Source: an uncultured Candidatus Saccharibacteria bacterium (GTDB taxonomy: Bacteria; Patescibacteriota; Doudnabacteria; UBA920). From it: a stretch of 44,122 nucleotides of DNA. Shown here piece by piece: positions 15,856-23,777 of this stretch. The notes under the pieces are model-generated. The model ran no database searches, was not told where the DNA came from, and saw only the letters and a program-made list of their open reading frames with translations. Both the position numbers and the translations under genes were made by a program. Position 1 is the first letter of the stretch; each line of letters opens with the position of its first letter. The DNA is taken from contig CAZPRQ010000001.1 of the NCBI GenBank assembly GCA_964589415.1, positions 11,368 to 55,489 of the forward strand, given 5' to 3'.

Positions 15856-17454
15856 CTACCCGCGGCCGCTTTTTGGGCCGACAAAACCTGTTAATTCATT
15901 TCCAATTATACCTTCAGTCTTAATATTTCTTAAAATAGCTCCGGAGGCCGCCAATTCTAAAAAGAAAAATATAAGAGCCTTGTCATTGTACCAGGTAACG
16001 TCAAAAAAAGCCGCCGCCGCAAGCCACAAAAAAACCAAACCCGCCTGCAGTACCAAAAACAGCCAGATTGTGTTTTCTTTTTGGTTTACTTTCACATATT
16101 TCCAAAACTCCCGGCAAACTGTTAGCCAAAAAAGCGCGAACAAAACCAACCCAAGCCAACCAAGCTCAACGGCGATATGTAAATACAAGTTATGAGCTGT
16201 AACGTACTTTTGCGGCAAATTATACCGCAAGTTTTTTTGTTCCGCCAAAAGTTCATATTTAACATTTGCCAACGCTTCGGGCGTAGCCGCCGAAACTAAA
16301 AAATTTGCCGCCCCGGTTCCAAGTGGATGCGAAATGGCATAGCGTGCGCTTTCTTTCCATATAAGTATACGCCCCGCGTTGGAAGTTTCATTTAAATCGT
16401 AAATGCTCTGGGCGCGATTTAAGAAATTTTCTTCAAACACCCCTCCGGCGCGTACAAATGCCAGCCCCCTATTTATGAGAGGAGAAATTGCAAATAATAC
16501 AACAATAATTAAAAGCGGCCAAAAAAAAGTTTTAACAGCTGGCCTCAAAAAAGTTTTTGCGTACGAAATTATTATTGCCAAAAGCGGGGCAAGCATTCCC
16601 ACCCACACGGCTCGCGTGCCGGACAAAATTAGCGCCAACGAAGCAAAACGGATTCCAGACCAAATAAAGCGGCGAAGTCTCTGGGATGCACCCATGGTTA
16701 GCGCGGCGCCTATACCAATTGCATAAACACACAAATAGGCAAACGACTGCGAATCCGGCATTATGCCAAACATGCGCAGCTGACGCCCATCGGTAAATGA
16801 AAACCAAGAATTGGAATACAGAGAAACGACGGCAAAATTCACTCCATAATACGCTTGTGTAAATGTGGTCGCCCAAAAAACCCAAAAAGTGTCCAGTGGC
16901 GTAAAAAAAGTGTAAGCTAACTGCCCAAAACCCGCGGCAATAAAAACCGATAAACTTACGGCCGCGTACCTAAAAAGCGCGAGCACCTGCTCTTTAGTTT
17001 GAATAGTTTGGACCATGACGAAATAAAACAAAAAAATATTAAAAAAGAACAAAAATTGCATTAGTGCTGGCAATCGAAATGACGACCAAATACTGCTAAT
17101 AAGTATAAGCGCGCCAAAGGCATACAAATACCGATCCCAAGGCAAAAACACTATGCGTTTTAAACTAAATTTATTTTCCTTAAAAAACCAAACTACAAAA
17201 AGCCAGGCCACCAGCGGCCGCCAGGCTGACAATGTTTCAAAAAAACCGTTAGGCACAATGACCATGGCCGGCAAGGAGGCCACAAGCACGTATACACCTT
17301 CCTCGAGTGGCCGAAAAACAATATAAAGCATTACAATGGCCATATTCACCCATACAAGCCAAGTTGGCCAGCCAAACACAGCCATTAGAAGCACGGAAAA
17401 TAGTTGCCAAACAACCAGTATGGCTATATAAAATTTTCTTGAAAAATTATGCAT
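15856..17454 (-). CDS. O-antigen ligase/polymerase-like (Wzy_C family) polytopic membrane protein
   Basis: At least 10 hydrophobic helices. AHNLYLHIAVELGWLGLVLFALF resembles the Wzy_C/O-antigen ligase motif. Overlaps the GT4 stop by 8 nt. Confidence 0.8.
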   Translation of the reverse strand: MHNFSRKFYIAILVVWQLFSVLLMAVFGWPTWLVWVNMAIVMLYIVFRPLEEGVYVLVASLPAMVIVPNGFFETLSAWRPLVAWLFVVWFFKENKFSLKRIVFLPWDRYLYAFGALILISSIWSSFRLPALMQFLFFFNIFLFYFVMVQTIQTKEQVLALFRYAAVSLSVFIAAGFGQLAYTFFTPLDTFWVFWATTFTQAYYGVNFAVVSLYSNSWFSFTDGRQLRMFGIMPDSQSFAYLCVYAIGIGAALTMGASQRLRRFIWSGIRFASLALILSGTRAVWVGMLAPLLAIIISYAKTFLRPAVKTFFWPLLIIVVLFAISPLINRGLAFVRAGGVFEENFLNRAQSIYDLNETSNAGRILIWKESARYAISHPLGTGAANFLVSAATPEALANVKYELLAEQKNLRYNLPQKYVTAHNLYLHIAVELGWLGLVLFALFWLTVCREFWKYVKVNQKENTIWLFLVLQAGLVFLWLAAAAFFDVTWYNDKALIFFFLELAASGAILRNIKTEGIIGNELTGFVGPKSGRG

Positions 17455-18592
17455 GCCGGGTATTATTTAAAATTGACAACGTTTCCTTCGCGCACTTTTC
17501 CCAAGAATACTCGTTAAGCCTGACATAGCCTTTTTGTGTCATGTCATGCTTGAGTGATTCATCCAGCAGCAATGCTTTAAGGGACTGCTTCATGTCAGCA
17601 ACATTTTCCGGGTTAAAATATACGGCCGCCTCCCCGGCAACTTCCGGCAGGCTGGAAACATTGGAACAAGCCACGGGCACAGCGGAGGCAAAAGCTTCCA
17701 ATATTTGCATACCAAAACCTTCATACAAAGCAGGCTGGACCAATACGTCTGCTCCTTTTAATATTTCCAGGCGCTCTCGGTCTGAAACATAATTTTTATA
17801 TATAACAATATCTTTATTGGCCTCCAGTTTTTGCAAAATGCTTTCAAAACGCCACCCGGGCTTACCTACAACCACAAGCTTATGCGGCAAGTCGGGCAGT
17901 TCGGTTTTTAACATACGAAAAGCGTCTATTAGACGCTCTAAATTTTTTCTTGGCTGCAACGTAGAAAGAAATAAAACGTAAGGTGTTGGTAATTTATTAA
18001 CTAATTGGTTTTGTGATTTGCTTATTAGCTGATTTGCTGATTTGCTTATTAGCTTATCAGCTGATTTGCTTATTAGCGTATTTGTTTGCTCAAATCCATG
18101 ATGAACCACAGAAACTTTTTCTTCCGATATATTGTACTCATTTACGAGATCTTTTTTAGTTGCCGAAGATACCGCTATTATGCGCGAGGCATTATTAACG
18201 GCAAACTTGGTTGACCACTCCAGAAACCAACGCATAAATGGCGTAAAGGTTTCGGGGTAATATTTCCAGGCAATGTCGTGAATGGTAACAACACATTTTT
18301 TGGGATGCACAAGGGGCAAAGCCGACGCGGGAATAAACAGGACATCAACCGGGCTGGTAAGCATTTCCCAAGAAAGCCTGACTTGAGTCCAAAAAAGCGG
18401 AAAGGGCATGACTTTAATACGAAAGTTTTTAGGCAAAGCTAAAAACCACTCCTCCGGCTGAGTGCGAAGGTATAATATATAAGAATTGACCTTATCTACT
18501 TCAGCCAAATGCAAAATTAGCTGCTTGGCGTAATGCTCAACTCCGGTTTTATGGGGCGTATTGGCCCGTTCTGCCTCTATGCCAATAGTCAT
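17447..18592 (-). CDS. Family 4 (GT-B) glycosyltransferase with a repeat-encoded interdomain insertion
   Basis: N-terminus is MTIGIEAERANTPHKTGVEHY. C-terminal EGFGMQILEAFASAVPVACSNVSSLPEVAG is the EX7E region. The insert LISKSADKLISKSANQLISKSQNQL sits between the two Rossmann halves. Confidence 0.88.
   Translation of the reverse strand: MTIGIEAERANTPHKTGVEHYAKQLILHLAEVDKVNSYILYLRTQPEEWFLALPKNFRIKVMPFPLFWTQVRLSWEMLTSPVDVLFIPASALPLVHPKKCVVTIHDIAWKYYPETFTPFMRWFLEWSTKFAVNNASRIIAVSSATKKDLVNEYNISEEKVSVVHHGFEQTNTLISKSADKLISKSANQLISKSQNQLVNKLPTPYVLFLSTLQPRKNLERLIDAFRMLKTELPDLPHKLVVVGKPGWRFESILQKLEANKDIVIYKNYVSDRERLEILKGADVLVQPALYEGFGMQILEAFASAVPVACSNVSSLPEVAGEAAVYFNPENVADMKQSLKALLLDESLKHDMTQKGYVRLNEYSWEKCAKETLSILNNTRHA
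18014..18077. repeat. About 2.7 tandem copies of a 24-bp word repeat, in-frame in GT4
   Basis: TGATTTGCTTATTAGC occurs at 18014, 18038 and 18062, separated by TGATTTGC and TTATCAGC. Encodes (L)ISKSxxxL x3. Confidence 0.85.
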
Positions 18593-18837
18593 TAGTGAAT
18601 AGAGTAATTATTTGGATCTTTATGGGGTTCAGATTGGTCGTCCGGCGGCAAATACAAAACCGGCTCTTCAGAAAAATCAAAGTCAGTTTGCTCCGGCTTG
18701 CTTTCCACTTGTTTGAATGTCGGCCGACTATGTTCAGTGTCAGGGCCTATTTTCATGCCAGGTACATTTTTAAAAAGCGGGCCTGCATCTAACTGGTTAA
18801 AAACCGGGTCTTCATTATTAGACTTTTTTCTGTTCAT
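18592..18837 (-). CDS. Small acidic/Pro-rich hypothetical protein, 81 aa
   Basis: ATG start. Its TAA overlaps the GT4 ATG (TAATG), and its start overlaps the upstream gene by 20 nt, suggesting translational coupling. No SD and a low-complexity sequence. Confidence 0.45.
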   Translation of the reverse strand: MNRKKSNNEDPVFNQLDAGPLFKNVPGMKIGPDTEHSRPTFKQVESKPEQTDFDFSEEPVLYLPPDDQSEPHKDPNNYSIH

Positions 18838-19231
18838 AGGGCAATAATTTAGATGATTTATATAAACGAGGCTTAAAAGCCTTAAGCCTTTTAATTGTAA
18901 CAGGTAACCCTTTAGCTTTCAAAGCCTTTCCAAGGCCTTTTACATATGCCTTTTGGTCATAACCTAAGGCAATTATGTGGGGTTTTTGCTGTATGATATG
19001 TGTTATGTGATTTTTTAGGCCACCAAGCACTGCCTCATTTACAAATCTTGATACTCTTACAACCGCCAACCTCTTGCGTTCGTTATTTGTCGGACTGAGA
19101 CCTTTAATTTTTTTTACATTTTTGTCCCGCGCGACAGAGACAATCAAATACGGTTTTTTAGCAAGTTTTCGCGCCTGTTTAAAAAAGCTAATATGCCCTT
19201 TGTGCAAAATATCAAAGGTGCCAAATACCAT
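18818..19231 (-). CDS. Cytidylyltransferase-family nucleotidyltransferase (TagD/RibL-like)
   Basis: MVFGTFDILHKGHISFFKQAR carries the HxGH motif. I prefer ATG 19231 (AAAGGA upstream) over the track's GTG at 19267. Confidence 0.75.
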   Translation of the reverse strand: MVFGTFDILHKGHISFFKQARKLAKKPYLIVSVARDKNVKKIKGLSPTNNERKRLAVVRVSRFVNEAVLGGLKNHITHIIQQKPHIIALGYDQKAYVKGLGKALKAKGLPVTIKRLKAFKPRLYKSSKLLPYEQKKV

Positions 19232-19304
19232 TATCCTTTCTTTTTTGCCTTGTTTTATTAAATTCACAACTATTGTATAATTGTTTTAAGCCAAAGGAGG
19301 CTGC

Positions 19305-19877
19305 GTGATAAAAACATTCTGCATAACTTTTGGGGCCATGCTTTTGTCCGCCATATTCTGGCACATTGCTACACCCGCACACCCGCCACCTATTTTCCTG
19401 CTTGGTGGCCTTCACAGCCTGCAAATACCCTTTAACAGGACATTACTGGACATTTCCGGCATTGGATTTTTCGGAGCAGTTTTGGGACTCATGACTTTCG
19501 AGCCTCAATCTGTGAAACTGCTTGACCCAAAATCCTGGTTTAAATGGATGTGTGCCGGACTTCTGTGCTCGCCAATCCCGGTTTTCCTTACCGGTCTTTT
19601 GACGCTACCGCTCATGATACTTCCCCTTTCTATAGTCCTTACAATTGGCTGGAACTACGAAAGGACCGAAATATCTGCAACAAGGCCAGGGAAGTTCGAA
19701 GCCTACTTCCGCAACGTAACAATTTCCATTTTCGGCTGCGGCTTCGTATGTGGCATAATGTACGGCTACCTTACAGGGTTTCTAATTGCCCTCTTTCTCA
19801 CCATAGTGCACGAACTCGTCGGCGGAGCAATCCGTACACTCTCGCTAGACGCAGAAGAAATGGAATACGAGGACTAG
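19305..19877 (+). CDS. Hypothetical polytopic membrane protein, 190 aa
   Basis: GTG start 4 nt after AAGGAGG (19294-19300). Four to five hydrophobic helices and an acidic tail (DAEEMEYED). Lone plus-strand gene here, and more GC-rich than its neighbours. Confidence 0.7.
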   Translation: MIKTFCITFGAMLLSAIFWHIATPAHPPPIFLLGGLHSLQIPFNRTLLDISGIGFFGAVLGLMTFEPQSVKLLDPKSWFKWMCAGLLCSPIPVFLTGLLTLPLMILPLSIVLTIGWNYERTEISATRPGKFEAYFRNVTISIFGCGFVCGIMYGYLTGFLIALFLTIVHELVGGAIRTLSLDAEEMEYED

Positions 19878-19899
19878 GCGCAAGTTTTTCTAGCAAGGC

Positions 19900-21375
19900 T
19901 CAGGTCAACCCGACTTTGAGCCTTTTTATAATGTTAAAATCTTCTTTCTTAATAAATCCTAACGCGAGTAAGCTTAGCGCGTATACAACTGCTCCAACAA
20001 AAACCAATGCCACCAAATTCATTTCCCTAACCTGCCAAATAGCCCCGCCCATAATGGCCGATGCCAAAACCGGCTTCCATAAAATTGAGAAAAATTTAAA
20101 ATTCGCTATATTTTTTCTCACAAAATAAAAATAGAATATCCCTTGGATTAATTCGCTAACAACCGTCATTATGGCCGCGCCTAAAATACCGTATATGGGA
20201 ATTAAAATTATGTTGCCGATTATATTTACCAAAACATTCAGGCCGGTAATTACCATGGCTTTCTTTGTAAGCTGAGAAATAATTAAAGAATTGACCGGAA
20301 TATAAATAAACAGAATGGCGATTGACCATATTAAAATAGATAAAACCGGGGCGGAGGCCTCAAAATCCTTGCCCGCTATAAGCAGCATCAATTGCTTTGA
20401 AAGCAGCATTCCGCCGACTGCCATTGGCAAGGCTGCCGCGATCATAAGTTTCAAATATTTTTCCAACGTGGCCTTAACGTCCGATATCAAATTTTTCGCC
20501 ATAAGCCCGGCCAAGACCGGAAACAGCACATGACTGACGGAGGCCGGAAAAAAGTTTAGAATGTCAAAAAACTTATAGGCCGCCGAGTAAAGTCCGGTTT
20601 GGGTGTAACCTAAAAGTTTGGTAATTATAATTACGTCTATGCGGTTATAAATGGCGCTAAACCCGACCAGCAAAGCAAACGGCCAAGCGGATTTTAAAAT
20701 ATTTATTATGGCCGCGGCATCGAAAAAGGTTAATTTTTCACCATTTAAACCAGGCGTACTTTTACGAAAAAAATTCCCAAACAATGGTCCTGGCAAAAAT
20801 TTTCCAACATAAACGCGGTATAAAATTAAGTCCAATATCCCAAACACCAACTGGATGCTGGCCAAAAAAATAATGTATTTTTTAAAAGCAACGGCAAGAA
20901 AAATAATTGTAATATTGACCAGGGAATTTAAAAAGTTTATAAACGCCACTTTTTTTAAATCCTGCCTGGCGGTTAGCACCGACAAAAACGGGTAGCATAG
21001 CGAATTGGCCACCATTCCTAACCCTGTTATAGCAACAGCCTTAAATACAATTGGCTCAAAGTTTTTAAAATAAGCTATGGCAATAAGCAAGGCGTAAAGA
21101 GCCAGGGAGGCTATAACTTCAAAAGCTATGAAATTTTGAAAATATTTTCTGGTATTAGGTTCATCCTCTGCCATTTTTTTAGTCATGAACTGCTGGACGC
21201 CAAAATCCACAACCGTCGAAAATATAAGGACATAGGAAAGCGCGAACTGATACTGGCCGTAGGCTTTAGGGCCCAAATATCTAAACAAGCTGGCATAAGC
21301 AAAAAACAGCAGCACCAGGGCTGCCGCGCGAGAAACTGCCAGCCAAAAAATGTTTTTTGACGCGCTTTCAGACAT
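19900..21375 (-). CDS. wzx: Polysaccharide/oligosaccharide flippase (Wzx, MOP superfamily)
   Basis: About 12-14 TM helices. N-terminus KNIFWLAVSRAAALVLLFFAYASLFRYLGPKAYGQYQFALSYV is typical of Wzx-type flippases. Confidence 0.82.
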   Translation of the reverse strand: MSESASKNIFWLAVSRAAALVLLFFAYASLFRYLGPKAYGQYQFALSYVLIFSTVVDFGVQQFMTKKMAEDEPNTRKYFQNFIAFEVIASLALYALLIAIAYFKNFEPIVFKAVAITGLGMVANSLCYPFLSVLTARQDLKKVAFINFLNSLVNITIIFLAVAFKKYIIFLASIQLVFGILDLILYRVYVGKFLPGPLFGNFFRKSTPGLNGEKLTFFDAAAIINILKSAWPFALLVGFSAIYNRIDVIIITKLLGYTQTGLYSAAYKFFDILNFFPASVSHVLFPVLAGLMAKNLISDVKATLEKYLKLMIAAALPMAVGGMLLSKQLMLLIAGKDFEASAPVLSILIWSIAILFIYIPVNSLIISQLTKKAMVITGLNVLVNIIGNIILIPIYGILGAAIMTVVSELIQGIFYFYFVRKNIANFKFFSILWKPVLASAIMGGAIWQVREMNLVALVFVGAVVYALSLLALGFIKKEDFNIIKRLKVGLT

Positions 21376-21447
21376 GCCTTAATTATAGCATCATTGGGGA
21401 ATAGATTTAAGTTGAAAGATCTAAGTAAAGGAACTAGGCTGAAAACC

Positions 21448-21489
21448 CCCTGTCCTCATTTTTTACGGCCGTAAAAAATGAGGACAGGG
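21448..21489. repeat. 42-nt perfect palindrome in a non-coding gap
   Basis: CCCTGTCCTCATTTTTTACGG / CCGTAAAAAATGAGGACAGGG, 21-nt arms with no loop. Confidence 0.9.
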
Positions 21490-21632
21490 TAGCGTATTTT
21501 TTGACCCAATTTACCATAACGCCGGTGTTTGGTTATGCAAGCTATTAGCCATTTTAATAACGCCCGATTATGATTATGCGAAGGATGTATCCATTCTCGC
21601 TGATATCTCAAACACCATCTTTCGCCACACTA

Positions 21633-21666
21633 ATCAACTAAGTTCGCAATTGCGAACTTAGTTGAT
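21633..21666. repeat. 34-nt perfect palindrome in a non-coding gap
   Basis: ATCAACTAAGTTCGCAA / TTGCGAACTTAGTTGAT, 17-nt arms with no loop. Confidence 0.9.
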
Positions 21667-21763
21667 AGTTAATGTTTGAGAAAATTATTTATAAATCATT
21701 ACTATGGGAGAGTAACATTATGTTTTTATTAGAATGGAGCTTGAAATTAAAATAAATGTGCAA

Positions 21764-21790
21764 CTAAAAGACCCACACTGCGGTGTGGGC
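21764..21790 (-). terminator. Terminator of gene 21807..23696
   Basis: On the minus strand: CCCACAC-CGCA-GTGTGGG followed by TCTTTTAG. Confidence 0.65.
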
Positions 21791-21806
21791 CATTTTTACA
21801 TATTAG

Positions 21807-23696
21807 TTATTTTTCCAAAGTTTCGCCTTTAGCGTAGTTGTCGACTTCAGCTTGCGGCAATATGTTAATGCTTTTAGCCGTCAGTCTCCTGGCTTTAAAA
21901 GCCTTTTCAGTCATTGGCCGCAGCTGTCCCTTACTGACATAATAAACTGTCTTGGAATTATCTCCCTTTATGACAGTTCCGTCCTTAGGCGGATACGGCA
22001 TGCCAATTTGCCATTCCTGTATTTCCGTCTGGCTGAATTTGTAATCCGGAGTAATTCTCCTTTGCTTGGCCACAAACGCGGATATTGGATGAAGTGACCC
22101 GTCCTTAAACAAAAACTGCTCGCCGGTACTGGCATTGGCTAGCCAAGTTTTTTCTTTCGGTGTGGCAAAGGCACCAATGGTTAAACCATTCACCTCATCC
22201 GAGGAAAGAGTAACAACATTTTTAAAGCTTAGTCCCAAATTCTTAAATAATTCGGCGGTCAATGGCCGCTTAAAACCCTTCTCCACCGTATAAACCGTAT
22301 TGCTACTCGCGGATTTTATTAATGTTTTATCTAGGGGAGCTACGAAACCCTGCTTGGGATAGGTTACAACTTCCGCGTCTGGCACAATAGTAATTTGCTT
22401 GGCTAAAATTTTGCGCTGACTAAATGTATACCCGGAAAACAGTTTTAGCAGTCCATTTTCAACCAAATAGACAGCCGGATCCTTTTCCCCTCGAATAACC
22501 GTACCATCGGCCGGAGTTAAAATGGATCCATTTTTAAACAATTGCGCTTCTTGCGCCGTTATGGCCAAAACCTTCAGCGGATCCAAACCTCTCTGGCTAA
22601 TTACAAAATCTGAAGCCGGATGCTTAATATTATTTATAAATACATAGGCCTGGACTTCGCCATCTACTTTCACAATAGTATTGTCATCCGGCCCAAGCAT
22701 TTCCGCGGTCGGTATATTCCCAAACTCGGTAGGTGAAACCGTTATTGCGCTGCCCAAATTTAACTTCCGGGCAGCAGCCACAAACGCCGGTACCAACATT
22801 TTACTTCCATTTTGAACAATGTATGCTTCGCTGCCGCCGCTCAATTTTAAAATAGTTCCACTGGGATACTTGAACCATTCGTTAAAAAATCGCCAAAAAT
22901 TATAATTGCCGTTAAAAATATGGGGGGTATACCTATACAAAGCGGTTGTCGCGCGGTTAGCAAGGGTTACAATACTTTGCGGCGGCGGGGAAAAGGCGGA
23001 AGATGAATCATTATTAAAAATAACAATGTCCCCCACTTTCGCCGTTCGCGTGCTCCCCGTTGATCCTTTAACCGTGCCCTGCTGGTCAATAGCCGGACCG
23101 CGTCCTCCTTCGGTATTGAAGGACCGCATTAAACTTTTTGTCGCTCCTAAGTACCTATTACCTTCCGAATCATAATTGCCAAACAGCTGAAAATAAAAGC
23201 CCGGCAGCATGCTGGTACTGCATCCGGTTGAATCGGGACAATCAAAGCCCATGGCAAAATCTAATGCTCTCTGTAGCCGCTCCGGACTTGAATTTTGGTG
23301 CCCGGAAATTAAACTTTGCTCCTTGTTTAAAGTAACCAGTATAACCTGTGGGTTAAGGCCGCTTTGGCGTGAAGCGTCCCAAATAAGCTCAGCAGCTGTT
23401 CTTAACCGCCCCAAATTTGGCTGAGGATCTTCCAATCCGGTTTTGAGCTGGACGCTACCCGGCTCTTTTAGTTTCAGTAAAAAATTCATTTCCGTATTTG
23501 CCAAAAGTGAGCCCTTACTTTCCAAAAATTTTTGTATGCCTTCCGCTCCGCCAAAAGTTTGAACATCACTAAACACCAAATCGTCTATCAGATTACCCGG
23601 ATTAAACGCGACATCCACTTGAGCAAAAGCAGAAAAAGGCATAAGCCCACCTAAAAAAATAAGAATAGACGCTATTATTTTTTTTGTTTTAAGCAT
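21807..23696 (-). CDS. Secreted protein with a putative cell-wall-active N-terminal domain and tandem ~65-aa beta-rich C-terminal repeats
   Basis: I prefer ATG 23696 (GGAG 7 nt upstream), which gives the signal peptide MLKTKKIIASILIFLGGLMPFSAFA. Repeats take the form xVYxVxxGxxRPxxxxxF. Confidence 0.8.
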   Translation of the reverse strand: MLKTKKIIASILIFLGGLMPFSAFAQVDVAFNPGNLIDDLVFSDVQTFGGAEGIQKFLESKGSLLANTEMNFLLKLKEPGSVQLKTGLEDPQPNLGRLRTAAELIWDASRQSGLNPQVILVTLNKEQSLISGHQNSSPERLQRALDFAMGFDCPDSTGCSTSMLPGFYFQLFGNYDSEGNRYLGATKSLMRSFNTEGGRGPAIDQQGTVKGSTGSTRTAKVGDIVIFNNDSSSAFSPPPQSIVTLANRATTALYRYTPHIFNGNYNFWRFFNEWFKYPSGTILKLSGGSEAYIVQNGSKMLVPAFVAAARKLNLGSAITVSPTEFGNIPTAEMLGPDDNTIVKVDGEVQAYVFINNIKHPASDFVISQRGLDPLKVLAITAQEAQLFKNGSILTPADGTVIRGEKDPAVYLVENGLLKLFSGYTFSQRKILAKQITIVPDAEVVTYPKQGFVAPLDKTLIKSASSNTVYTVEKGFKRPLTAELFKNLGLSFKNVVTLSSDEVNGLTIGAFATPKEKTWLANASTGEQFLFKDGSLHPISAFVAKQRRITPDYKFSQTEIQEWQIGMPYPPKDGTVIKGDNSKTVYYVSKGQLRPMTEKAFKARRLTAKSINILPQAEVDNYAKGETLEK

Positions 23697-23777
23697 AATT
23701 TTCTCCAATTCTTTAAGTTTTAATGGCAAGTTTCTTTTTTAATACAACACTCAACCAATACTACCTTATATTTCAAT

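Noticed and set aside
19544-20128. 194-aa plus-strand ORF
   Set aside because: It overlaps 19305..19877 in another frame and wzx on the opposite strand. It is Arg-rich with no RBS, so likely spurious.
21720-21755. 11-codon micro-ORF (MFLLEWSLKLK) with an upstream GGGAGAG on the plus strand
   Set aside because: Too short to support from sequence alone. It lies in AT-rich DNA, where such ORFs arise by chance. No conservation data are available.
21376-21806. tRNA, tmRNA, RNase P, SRP or 6S RNA in the ORF-free gap
   Set aside because: I could find no T-loop (GTTCRANYC), no acceptor/anticodon arm geometry, no RNase P GAGGAAAGTCC-type box and no tmRNA tag frame. An ncRNA cannot be excluded without a covariance-model scan.
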